From positions 26,597-90,596 of the forward strand of contig CAVWOZ010000017.1 of assembly GCA_963756595.1 (NCBI GenBank): a DNA stretch of 64,000 nucleotides, given 5' to 3'. Shown here one piece after another: positions 18,772 to 28,395 of this stretch. The position numbers were made by a program, and so were the translations under genes. Positions within the stretch are counted from its first letter, which is position 1. Each line of letters opens with the position of its first letter. The notes beneath the pieces were generated by a model that saw only the letters and a list, made by a program, of their open reading frames with translations, was not told the DNA's origin and did no database searches. The stretch comes from an uncultured Acidobacteriota bacterium. GTDB lineage: Bacteria; Acidobacteriota; Thermoanaerobaculia; Multivoradales; UBA5704.

Positions 18772-19928
18772 GATGCAACCGCCTGACACTCCGGACCCTG
18801 ACTGCGCTCCTCGCCCTGCTCCTGCTCGCCGCCGCCGGCTGCAAGAAGGGAGGCGACGCCGCCGCCAAAACGGGGAAAGATGGCAAGCCCGCTCTCCCTC
18901 CCACCATGGCGCTCGGCCCCGAGGACACGGCAGTGGTGACGCCGGGCGCGGTCGAGAACGGCCCGGCCCTCACCGGCACGCTGACGGCGCAGCGCCAGGC
19001 GTCGATCCGCGCCCAGATCGCCGGGTCGGTGCTGACGGTGACCGCCGAGCCCGGGCAGGCGGTGACCAGGGGCGAGACCCTCGCCCGCCTCGATTCGAGC
19101 TCGCTGACCGACGCCTACAACTCGGCGCGCTCGAACGCCGCCAGCGCCAAGAGCGCCCTGGCGGTCGCCGAGCGCGAGGCGGCGCGCCAGGAGACGCTGG
19201 TCAAGGCGGGCGCGGTGGCGCAGAGGAACGTCGAGACGGCGCAGCAGTCCGTGGTGCAGGCGCGGGCCACCCTCTCCCAGGCCCAGGCGCAGATCGCCAG
19301 CGCCGAAAAGCAGCTCGCCAACACCACCGTCACGGCCCCGTTCTCCGGGGTGGTCAGCGAGCGGCCGGTGTCGGCCGGCGACGTGGTGCAGCCCGGCACC
19401 AGCCTCTACACGGTGGTCGATCCGTCGAGCCTCCAGCTCGAGGCGGCGATCCCCGCCGAGCAGCTCGCCTCGCTCAAGGTGGGGTCGCCGGTGCGCTTCA
19501 CCATCACCGGCTACGGCGACCGCACCTTCAAGGGAGCGATCACGCGGATCAATCCGAGCGCCGACCCCACCACCCGCCAGGTGCGGGTCTACGCCGAGAT
19601 CCCCAACCCGGGCGGCCTGGTGGCCGGCCTCTACGCCGAGGGGCGGGTGGAGAGTGAGTCGCGCCACGGGCTGACCCTGCCGATGGCGGCGATCGACCGC
19701 CGGATGGCGAAGCCGGCGGTGCTCCTGGTGCGCGACGGCAAGGTGGCGCGGGTCGACGTCGAGCTCGGCCTCGCCGACGAGAAGGCGCAGCGGGTCGAGG
19801 TGCTGCGCGGCGTCGCGGCCGGCGACGTGGTCCTCCTCGGCGCCGCGCAGGAGATCGCGCCGGGGACGCCGGTGACCCTGCCGCCGTCGGTGCAGCAGGC
19901 GGCGGAGAGGCTGGCGCAGACGCTATGA
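18768..19928 (+). CDS. RND efflux membrane fusion protein (HlyD/AcrA family), lipoprotein
   Basis: ATG at 18768 with a lipobox LLAAAGC. Biotinyl-lipoyl-like hairpin (TVTAPFSGVV) and beta-barrel domains. The 905-aa ORF listed from 17211 is a spurious upstream extension in the same frame. Confidence 0.8.
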   Translation: MRCNRLTLRTLTALLALLLLAAAGCKKGGDAAAKTGKDGKPALPPTMALGPEDTAVVTPGAVENGPALTGTLTAQRQASIRAQIAGSVLTVTAEPGQAVTRGETLARLDSSSLTDAYNSARSNAASAKSALAVAEREAARQETLVKAGAVAQRNVETAQQSVVQARATLSQAQAQIASAEKQLANTTVTAPFSGVVSERPVSAGDVVQPGTSLYTVVDPSSLQLEAAIPAEQLASLKVGSPVRFTITGYGDRTFKGAITRINPSADPTTRQVRVYAEIPNPGGLVAGLYAEGRVESESRHGLTLPMAAIDRRMAKPAVLLVRDGKVARVDVELGLADEKAQRVEVLRGVAAGDVVLLGAAQEIAPGTPVTLPPSVQQAAERLAQTL

Positions 19929-22900
19929 CGATCTCCGATTTCGCCATCAAGCGCCCGATCGTCACCGTGGTGGTGATGCTGGCGCTGGTCATCTTCGGCA
20001 TCTTCGCCCTCTTCCAGATCGACGTCGACGAGTTCCCCGACCTCTCGAACCCGATCGTCTTCGTCTCCGTCCCCTACCCCGGCGCCTCGCCGTCGCAGGT
20101 CGAGCAGGAGGTGGTGGAACGGATGGAGGAGGCGTTCAGCGGCCTGTCGGGGATCGACGAGATCCGCTCCACCTCGCTCGACGGCTTCGCCACCATCACC
20201 GTGCAGTTCGTCTTCGGCAAGGACCCCGACCAGGCGGCGCAGGACGTGCGCGACGCCATCTCGGGGATCCGCAACGACCTGCCGACCGAGATGAAGGAGC
20301 CGGTGCTCAAGAAGTTCGACCCCGACGACTTCCCCATCGTCTCGCTCGTCCTCGCCTCCGACCGCCTGTCGCCGGCCGAGATGACCCTGCTCGCCGACCC
20401 CGGGATCACCCGCGTCCTGCGCGGCATCAACGGCGTCGCGCAGGTGACGGTGGTCGGCGGCGCCGACCGCGAGATCTCGGTCGACATCCGGCCGAACGAC
20501 ATGGCGGCGTCGGGGGTGACGGTGTCGCAGGTCTTCGCGGCGGTCGCGGCGCAGAACCTGGCGTCGCCGGTCGGCCAGCTCCAGGGGCGGCTGACCGAGC
20601 AGGCGATCCGCCTGCGCGGCCGGCTCGAGACCCCCGAGGACTTCGCGCGGCTGGTGGTCGGCTCGCACAACGGCCAGCTCATCCGCCTCGGCGAGGTGGC
20701 GAACGTGCGCGACGGCACCACCGAGCAGCGCTCGCTCGCCCTCTTCAACGGCCAGCTCGCGGTCGGCATCGACATCACCAAGTCGAAGGGGGCGAGCACC
20801 ACCAAGGTCGCCGACGCCATCAAGGCGGCGATCCAGAAGATCCAGCCCACCCTGCCGCCGGGGGTGAAGATGTCGGTGGTGCGCGACGCCGGCGAGCGGG
20901 TGCGCCAGTCGGTGCGCAACGTCGAGGAGGCGCTGATCGAGGGCGCTCTCCTCACCGTGCTGGTGGTCTTCGTGTTCCTCAACTCCTGGCGCTCGACGGT
21001 GATCACCGGCCTCGCGCTGCCGGTCTCCGTGCTCAGCTCCTTCATCGCGGTGTGGGCCTGCGGCTTCACGCTCAACACCATGTCTCTCCTCGGCCTCTCG
21101 CTCGCCATCGGCATCCTGATCGACGACGCCATCGTGGTGCGGGAGAACATCGTGCGCCACGTCGAGATGGGCAAGGACCACATGGAGGCGGCGCACGTCG
21201 GCACCAACGAGATCACCATGGCGGTGGCGGCCACCACCTTCTCGATCGTGGCGGTGTTCGCGCCGGTCGCCTTCATGCAGGGGATCGCCGGGCAGTGGTT
21301 CAAGCCGTTCGCGCTGACCATCGCCTGCGCCGTTCTCGTCTCCCTCTTCGTCTCCTTCTCGCTCGACCCGATGCTCTCCGCCTACTGGCCGGACCCGCAG
21401 CTCGAGGCGCACGAGCGGAAGAACGTGATCGCGCGGGCGCTCGACCGCTTCAACCAGTGGTTCGACCGCATGGCCGACCGCTACAAGGGGCTGGTCGCCT
21501 GGGCGCTCGACCACCGGCTGGCGGTGCTGGCGATCGTGGCGGTGTCGTTCTTCGGGGCGATCGCCCTCCAGGTCTTCTTCGGCGGCGGCGGCTTCATCCC
21601 GGACAGCGACCGCTCGGAGATCACCCTGTCGATCGAGACCCCGCCGGGGTCGAACCTGAGCTACACGGCGATCAAGGCGCGCGAGCTCTCCGCCATCGCC
21701 CGCACCCACAAGGAAGTGGCCTACACCTACACCAGCATCGGCAGCGCCACCGGCTCGGGGGACGTCGACACCGGCAGCCTCTACATCAAGATGGTGCCCA
21801 AGAAGCAGCGCGACATCTCGCAGCAGGCGCTCGCCGCCCAGCTGCGCACCGAGACGGCGCGGGTCGCCGGCGTCACCACCTACCTCTCGCAGCAGGGGGG
21901 GCCGGGGGGCAACCAGCGGCAGATCCAGGTGCAGCTGCGCGGCCAGAACATGGCGAGCCTCAGCAAGGCGGCGCTGGCGATCGAGGGTGAGATGCGCAAG
22001 GTCAAGGGGGCGACCGACATCGGCCTCTCCACCCGCGGCGACCGCCCCGAGCTCGAGGTGCAGCTCAACCGCGGCCTCGCCGGCAGCCTGGGGCTCAACG
22101 TCAGCCAGGTGGCGCAGTCGATGCGCCCCGCCTTCGCCGGCGTCAAGGCGGGAGACTGGATCGATCCCCTCGGCAAGACCCGCGACGTCACCGTCCGCCT
22201 CGCCCCCGAGGCGCGGGCGAACGTCGCCGACATCGAGAGGCTGCCGCTGGTGGTGAGCGGCGGCGGCTCGGCGGCGGCGGCGGCTCAGGGCGGCGCGGCG
22301 GGCTGCGGCGGGAGCGGCGGCAGGCGCCCCGATCGCGTCCGGCGGCGGCGCGCCGTCGCTGATCCCGCTCGGCCAGGTGGCGACGATCACCAACAGCACC
22401 GGCCCGGCGCAGATCGATCACCTCGACCGCGACAAGGTGGTGACGGTGGGGGGCAACGTCGCCGGGCGCTCGCTCTCCGAGGTGACGCGCGACCTCAACA
22501 AGCGGGTGGCGAAGCTCCACCTGCCGGCCGGCGTCTCCCTGTCGCAGGGGGGCGAGGTGAAGAACCAGAACGAGGTCTTCGGCAAGATCTTCGCCGCCCT
22601 GGCCCTCGCCGTGCTGATGATGTACCTGATCCTGGTCGTCCAGTTCGGCTCGTTCCTCGACCCGCTGGCGATCCTCCTCTCGCTGCCGCTGTCGCTGGTC
22701 GGCGTCGTGCTGATGCTGCTGATCACCCACGACACCCTCAACCTGATGAGCCTGATCGGCGTCATCCTCCTGATGGGGATCGTGGCCAAGAACGCCATCC
22801 TGCTGATCGACTTCGCGAAGTGGAACCACGAAAAGGGGATGCCGCTGCGCGACGCCCTGATCGAAGCCGGCCGCGTCCGCCTCCGCCCCATCCTGATGAC

Positions 22901-23149
22901 CACCGTCGCCCTCATCGCCGGCATGATCCCCGTCGCCATGGGGCTCGGCGAAGGCGCCGACTTCCGCGCCCCGCTCGGCCGCGCGGTGATCGGCGGCACC
23001 ATCACCTCGACCCTGCTCACCTTGCTGGTGATCCCGACGATCTACGAGATTTTGGTGGAGACGCGGGAGAAGGTCTTGGGGTGGTTCGGGCGGGGGAAGA
23101 AGGCGGGGGCGGCGGCCACCCCGGAAGCCGCCGTGGTGAAGTCTTGAAA
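19925..23149 (+). CDS. RND efflux pump (AcrB/HAE1 family), frameshifted at about 22260-22330
   Basis: The N-terminal 780 aa are in frame 2 (MTISDFAIKRPIVTVVVML...). The C-terminal roughly 270 aa, including TM7-12 and the RND C-terminus, are in frame 0 (ORF 22377-23147; ...APSLIPLGQVATITNSTGPAQIDHLDRDKVVTVGGNVAGRSL...). The switch falls inside a GGC/GCG-repeat tract encoding an unusual Gly/Ala-rich insert (VVSGGGSAAAAAQGGAAG...). Confidence 0.8.
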
Positions 23150-23202
23150 CCGACACGCCGGTGACCCCGGCGGCAGGGCGGCAGGGAGATCGGGGCCGCC
23201 CA

Positions 23203-24402
23203 CTATCCGCTTGATAGCGTGGGGTAAGATACGGCGAGAGGCGCCAGATCGGTATTGATCCGCGACAACGACAGGGCTCGCACATTTTCCGCGAGAGGAA
23301 ACGTGTGCTCGCCGGCATGGACCATGTCGAGGCTGTCGAGCTTCAGGTCGGCGAGAGCGATGTGGATCGATCGGGTGATTCGGGGCGCGTCGCTGTACTT
23401 GAATTCGAAGCCGAGCCTCCGGCCGCCACGCACGACGAGAAGGTCGAGCTCGGCGCCGCTATGAGTCGACCAGAAGAAGCATTCTCTGGGCCGCGCACCC
23501 AAGCGGGCGATCACCTCCGCCAAGCCAAAGCCTTCCCAGGAGGCTCCAATCTTGGGGTGTCCCGCCAGGTCGGCAAAAGTCTCCAGGTTGAGGAGTGTGT
23601 GCAGGAGCCCGCTGTCGATGATGTAGACCTTGGGGGATTTGACCTGGCGCTTCTGGAGATTCTCGTGCCAGGGCGTAAGCTGGCGGATGACGAGAGCGCC
23701 GGTGAGGACATCGCGATAGCGGGCCACGGTCGTATCCGAGACTCCGAAGGCGCGGGCGAGCTCAGAGCTGTTCCAGATCTGCCCGTGGTAGTGGGCGATC
23801 ATGGTCCAGAATCGCCCCAAGGTCGTCCCGGGTATCTGGATGCCGAGCTGCGCGAGATCGCGCTCCAGGAAAGTCCGCACGAACTGGTGCCGCCAGTCAG
23901 CGCTGAGAACGTCGGACGGCGCCAGGAAGGAGCAGGGGAAACCGCCGCGCAGCCAGAGGGTGCGCAACGCGCCCTCCCCAACTTCCGCGAGGGTGAAGCC
24001 TTCGAGATCGTGGAAGGCGATCCGCCCGGCAAGAGATTCAGAACTCTGTTGCAGGAGGTCCTGGCTCGCACTGCCCAGAACGAGGAAACGGGCAGGAATT
24101 TCCGGCCGGTCTGCCAGCACGCGCAGGATGGGAAAGATCTCGGGAAGGCGCTGAATTTCGTCCAAGACGACGAGCCCCCGAAGCTCGCGCAATGCAAGCA
24201 GCGGATTGGCGAGCCGCGCGAGGTCAGCCGGATCTTCAAGGTCAAACAAGGTAGTCGGCCCAGGGTACCGGGCCAGAAGCTGCCGGGCCATCGTCGTCTT
24301 ACCAGTCTGCCGCGGGCCTAGAATGGCGACCACCGGGAAGCGCTGAAGGAGTCCTTCCAGAGTGAGGAGATGCTGGGCTCGCTCGATCACGGGAGCTATC
24401 AT
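23203..24402 (-). CDS. AAA+ ATPase with C-terminal DUF4143 domain
   Basis: P-loop GPRQTGKTT, Walker B VVLDEIQ, and the DUF4143 region (YIIDSGLLHTLL). The probable start is the ATG at 24402 (MIAPVIERAQ...); the longest ORF runs to 24612. Confidence 0.7.
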   Translation of the reverse strand: MIAPVIERAQHLLTLEGLLQRFPVVAILGPRQTGKTTMARQLLARYPGPTTLFDLEDPADLARLANPLLALRELRGLVVLDEIQRLPEIFPILRVLADRPEIPARFLVLGSASQDLLQQSSESLAGRIAFHDLEGFTLAEVGEGALRTLWLRGGFPCSFLAPSDVLSADWRHQFVRTFLERDLAQLGIQIPGTTLGRFWTMIAHYHGQIWNSSELARAFGVSDTTVARYRDVLTGALVIRQLTPWHENLQKRQVKSPKVYIIDSGLLHTLLNLETFADLAGHPKIGASWEGFGLAEVIARLGARPRECFFWSTHSGAELDLLVVRGGRRLGFEFKYSDAPRITRSIHIALADLKLDSLDMVHAGEHTFPLAENVRALSLSRINTDLAPLAVSYPTLSSG

Positions 24403-24596
24403 ACCTTGAAAACTCGGCGCCACCCACCGAGATTTCAAGGCACTTCTTGGCAGGTCCATGGAAAATTCGACGTCTTCGGCCGAGATTTCAAGGATGGAAG
24501 AAGCAGGCCGGTCGGCGGCGGACGCAGGAAAGGCCGAGCCGGCGGGGGCGGCGGGCGGGCACTGAGCGGCGAGACCCGTCCACACGACCAGCGCTT

Positions 24597-24739
24597 CCCG
24601 CCCGGGCATCAATGCCCGGGCTACGTCCGCAACGAAAAGCCGGCTGAAGCCGGCTCCGAAGTAACGGCGATCTTCCAGGAGCCGGGTTCACCCGGCTTTT
24701 CGGTCCAAGCGTAGACCGGGCATTGATGCCCGGGCGGGG
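24597..24739. repeat. MITE-like palindromic element, copy B
   Basis: The inverted-repeat ends are CCCGCCCGGGCATCAATGCCCGGGCTAC and GTAGACCGGGCATTGATGCCCGGGCGGGG. The internal AGCCGGCTGAAGCCGGCT and AGCCGGGTTCACCCGGCT blocks match copy A at 16701-16845. Lies between the convergent AAA-ATPase and VWA genes. Confidence 0.65.
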
Positions 24740-24761
24740 CCGAGGCACCTGACAGACGTCC

Positions 24762-27680
24762 CTACGGCCGCGCCGACACCCCGCTCACCGTCCGCGCCGT
24801 CAGCCCGGGCCGTCCGGTCACCGCCACGTCGATCTTGCTCCAGGCCGCGGGGGGGGCGGTGTCCTTGGGGTAGAAGGCGACGGTGTACTGGCTGCGCAGC
24901 TCGGAGAGGATCTGGCCGTAGACGTTCGCCAGGTTCTGGTTGGGGTGGATGAAGTAGACCTGGCCGCCTCCCGCCTGGGCGAGGCGCTCGAACTTGGCGG
25001 CGGCGGGCTCGGTGAGGAAGCCGCCGTCGTCGCCGTGCTCCTCGCGGGGGTTCGAGACGATCAGGTAGATGGGGACGCCGCTCTCGCGGGCGGCTTTGAG
25101 GCAGGCCGGGAAGGAGGCGTGCTCGGCCTCGTCGATGCCGTCCGAGTAGATCACCAACGCCTTGCGCCCCGAGATCCCCTGCAGCTGGCCGAGCGAGTAG
25201 GTGATGGCGTCCCAGAGCGCGGTGCCGCCGTCGGGCTGGAGCTGGTCGAGGGCGGCGGCGACCGAGGCGAGGTCGCGGGTCACCGGGCGGACCAGCCGGG
25301 CCTTGGAGTCGAAGTCGACCAGCATCGCGCGGTCGCGAGAGGCGAGGCCGGTGTCGAGGAGCGCGGCGACGGCCTTCTTCACGTCGGGGAGCTTGAGGAA
25401 CATGCTGGCCGAGGAGTCGATGGCGAGCGCCAGGGTGAGCGGCAGCTCGCCGGCGTTCTCGAAGGCGGCGATCTCCTGCGGCTCGCCGTCCTGGCGGACC
25501 TGGAAGGCCTCCTTGGGCAGCCCGGGGACCGGCTTGCCGCCGGCGTCGGTCACCACCACGGCGAGCTGGATCAGGCGGACGTCGATGCGCGCCCCGAGGT
25601 CCGAGGCGTTCAAGGTGATGGCGTCCTCGGCGGTCGAGCCGTCGTCGAGCATGGCCGCCGCCCGCAGGTACCCCTCGGAGCGCTGCCGCGGCACCTTCAC
25701 GGGATAGCGGAAGGGGGGCTCGTAGAGGGTCGCCGCCAGCTCGTCGTTCCAGTAGAGCTCCACCTTCTCGATCCGCCGGCCGGCGGGGACCCGCACGTCG
25801 GCTTCGACGTTCACCGTCCCCACGCCGCGCCGGCTGGCGGGCTCGACGATGCGGACGCCGAAGCTGCCGGCGGGCTCGTTCAAGCGCACGGCGTCGTGGG
25901 CCACCACTTTCCCCGCGGCGTCGTAGGCGATCCCCTGCACGACCTGCGGCCGGGCGCGGCGGCCGAGGTCGAGCTCGGCGTCGCAGGGGACCGTCGCGCA
26001 GGTCGCGGCGCGCCTCCCCTCGAGCTTGACCTCGACCCTGGCGATCCCCGTCCCCTCGCCGTTCACCCGCAGCCGGACCTTGCCGGTCAGCGCGGTGCCG
26101 GCGGGGGGGATCAGGCGGATGCCGGAGCGGACGTTGAGCACCGCGTCGGCCTCCGGCAGCGGGCCGGCCAGGCTCACCACCTGCCCGCCCCACGGGCCGC
26201 CGCTCAGCGGCTCGAGCAGCACGGCGACGACATCCCCCTCGGGGAGGGGGATGCCGAGGTGATAGACCCCCGGCTCGGTCCCAGCGCGGTCGGCGGCGGC
26301 GAGGAGGTGATGGAACGCGCCGCCGGTCAACCCCGCGACGGTGACGCGCAGCGGGCCGGCGGGGATCTTCGGCGACTCGACCCGGAGGTCGAGGATCGCC
26401 CGCCGCTCGCTGCTCCCGGCCGCCGCCGCCGCAGGTGCAGACGTGTCCGGCTGGAGATGGGCGGAGATCTCGAGGCCGAGCCCCTCCTCCTCGTCGGCCA
26501 GGAGGTGGGCGGCGCGCGCCGCGCCCACGGCCCCGGGGATGCCGGCGACGTCCCAGCGCCGCGCCTTGACCACCAAGTCCGGCCGCGAGGTGAGGACCTC
26601 GAGCGGGAGCGGGCGGCCGTCGACCGGGAGAGGCGCCTCCCAGCGGACGGTCGAGCGGGCGCGCAGGTGGACCAGGGCGCCGGCCAAGGCCGAAGCCTGG
26701 AGGACCATCTCGCCGCCGGTCGCCTCGGCCATCCAGGTGAGCGGCTGCTGCGGCGCGAGGAGGGCGGGGGGCGGCGCGGGCTGGTCGGGGGACGGCTCTT
26801 TGCGGCGGTCGAGGGTGATGGTGCCGCCGATGGGCGCTTTGAGGGTCGAGCGCGGCTTGACCCGCCGCAGGTCCGGGAGGGTCGAGTCCCCCATCGGCAC
26901 GGGGATCACCGTCCAGCCGAGCGCCGCGACGGTCCGCGCGATCTCGAGCCCGGCCGTCTCGAGGGCACCCGCGGCCGGCTTCTCCCCGGGCGACAGGAGC
27001 TCGGTGCGGTAGAACTTCGCCGGATCGACGTCGTAGCCGTCGCTGACCAGGAAGACGGCGCGCGGCCCGGTGCCCCCTTGCGCCAGCAGCCACTCGGCGA
27101 AGGCGTCCTGCTGCCGGCGGACCACGTGCACCTCGGAGTCGATCGCCGCCGCGGCCCGGGCGGCGGGGTCGTCCCCCTCCCCCTTCTCGGGGCGTTCGTC
27201 GCGGAAGCGGCGGCGGAGGGCGCGCAGGTCGTCCCGCCCCTCGCTCTCCAGCCAGAGCTTGGAGAGCGCCTCGTCGATCGCCTGCACGTCGCGGGTGGGG
27301 GCGAGCGCCACCCGCGGCTGCGGCTCGGCCACCACCACCTCGACGGTCCCCAGCGCGGCGAGCGTCCGCGCCTGCTCGGCGAGGGTACCGGCGGCGGCGC
27401 GCAGGGTGCGCGAGCCGGAGAGGACGCGGTCGGCCCAGATGACGATCCGCCACGGCTGGTTGACCGGCGTGAGCGCCGTCACCGGCCAGGGCTTGCCGTT
27501 CTCGACCACGGTGAGGTCGTTGACCCCCACCGTGCGCGGCGCCTCCCCCTGGCGGTCGAGGATGAGGACGGGAAGCTCGCGAACGGTGGGGGTGGCGGCA
27601 GGAGAATCCTGGGTCTGCGCGGGAGAGGAGAGGATGCTGGGGGCGAGGAGGACGGCGAGGGAGAGCGGCTTGAGATTCAC
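24762..27680 (-). CDS. Secreted protein with two von Willebrand factor type A domains
   Basis: Signal peptide MNLKPLSLAVLLAPSILSSPAQT. C-terminal VWA with a MIDAS motif (LALAIDSSASM ... GGTALWDAI ... LVIYSDGID) and an N-terminal VWA-like region (IVIWADRV...VFLVSDGYD). Confidence 0.7.
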   Translation of the reverse strand: MNLKPLSLAVLLAPSILSSPAQTQDSPAATPTVRELPVLILDRQGEAPRTVGVNDLTVVENGKPWPVTALTPVNQPWRIVIWADRVLSGSRTLRAAAGTLAEQARTLAALGTVEVVVAEPQPRVALAPTRDVQAIDEALSKLWLESEGRDDLRALRRRFRDERPEKGEGDDPAARAAAAIDSEVHVVRRQQDAFAEWLLAQGGTGPRAVFLVSDGYDVDPAKFYRTELLSPGEKPAAGALETAGLEIARTVAALGWTVIPVPMGDSTLPDLRRVKPRSTLKAPIGGTITLDRRKEPSPDQPAPPPALLAPQQPLTWMAEATGGEMVLQASALAGALVHLRARSTVRWEAPLPVDGRPLPLEVLTSRPDLVVKARRWDVAGIPGAVGAARAAHLLADEEEGLGLEISAHLQPDTSAPAAAAAGSSERRAILDLRVESPKIPAGPLRVTVAGLTGGAFHHLLAAADRAGTEPGVYHLGIPLPEGDVVAVLLEPLSGGPWGGQVVSLAGPLPEADAVLNVRSGIRLIPPAGTALTGKVRLRVNGEGTGIARVEVKLEGRRAATCATVPCDAELDLGRRARPQVVQGIAYDAAGKVVAHDAVRLNEPAGSFGVRIVEPASRRGVGTVNVEADVRVPAGRRIEKVELYWNDELAATLYEPPFRYPVKVPRQRSEGYLRAAAMLDDGSTAEDAITLNASDLGARIDVRLIQLAVVVTDAGGKPVPGLPKEAFQVRQDGEPQEIAAFENAGELPLTLALAIDSSASMFLKLPDVKKAVAALLDTGLASRDRAMLVDFDSKARLVRPVTRDLASVAAALDQLQPDGGTALWDAITYSLGQLQGISGRKALVIYSDGIDEAEHASFPACLKAARESGVPIYLIVSNPREEHGDDGGFLTEPAAAKFERLAQAGGGQVYFIHPNQNLANVYGQILSELRSQYTVAFYPKDTAPPAAWSKIDVAVTGRPGLTARTVSGVSARP

Positions 27681-27749
27681 CCGCTCATTCTACGCCCTCC
27701 CCTCACGGCCCCCTTTTCGCGGCGGTTTTTCCTGACAGGTGTCGGGCCG

Positions 27750-28367
27750 TCAGCTCAGGAATTTCGCGAAGGCGTCCGGGTGGATCCCCCAGGAGAAGAA
27801 GCCGGCGAGCCCCATCACGACGCCGAAGCCGGCGAACAGGATGGCGAGCCCCACCAGCCACTTCTTGCGGGTCAGGGCGCTGACGCCGAGGAGAGCGATG
27901 GCGATGCTCATCGTCGCCTCGGACATGTCGAACTGGTCGTCGTGGGTGTTCAGGCGGTCGTACTCCGCCTGCGCCCCCTCGGCCTCCTTCTTGATGTCCG
28001 CCTTCTCCTTCTCGTACTTCTTGACCTGCTGGGTGTAGGTGGCGATCTCCTTGTCGACCAGCGGCATCGCCGCCCCCGCCCCCTCCGCCTTGCGCAGCTG
28101 GAGCTGGTCGAGGACGCTCTCGGCGAGGTTCTGCTTCGTCCCCTTCGCCTGGTAGTAGGACCACTGATCGACCGCCTTCGCCTGCTCCTGCGACATCGCC
28201 TGCACGATGTTGCCGTCCTTGATGTTGCAGAGCGCCATGAAGGTGGCCAGCAGGGCGACCAGGACGGCGATCACATTATTGAGGGTATCGTTCGATTCCT
28301 TCGCTTTTTCGACCGCTTCGGAGACGGTCTCCGTGATCTCGCTCATGGACGTTGCGTTCCTCGCCAA
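27750..28367 (-). CDS. DUF4337 family membrane protein
   Basis: About 200 aa with an N-terminal acidic helix (MSEITETVSEAVEKAKES), a TM helix, a central Lys/Glu-rich coiled coil and a C-terminal TM pair. The true start may be the M8 ATG at 28346. GC is somewhat lower than flanking DNA. Confidence 0.5.
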   Translation of the reverse strand: MARNATSMSEITETVSEAVEKAKESNDTLNNVIAVLVALLATFMALCNIKDGNIVQAMSQEQAKAVDQWSYYQAKGTKQNLAESVLDQLQLRKAEGAGAAMPLVDKEIATYTQQVKKYEKEKADIKKEAEGAQAEYDRLNTHDDQFDMSEATMSIAIALLGVSALTRKKWLVGLAILFAGFGVVMGLAGFFSWGIHPDAFAKFLS

Positions 28368-28395
28368 AAGGTTGCCGGCCGCGGGGGCCGGACCT

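Noticed and set aside
17211-19928. 905-aa ORF spanning the tolC and MFP genes
   Set aside because: It is a frame-0 read-through. Only the part from the ATG at 18768 (lipobox, HlyD motifs) is real. Upstream, that frame lies opposite the genuine TolC frame and is Arg/Gly-rich noise.
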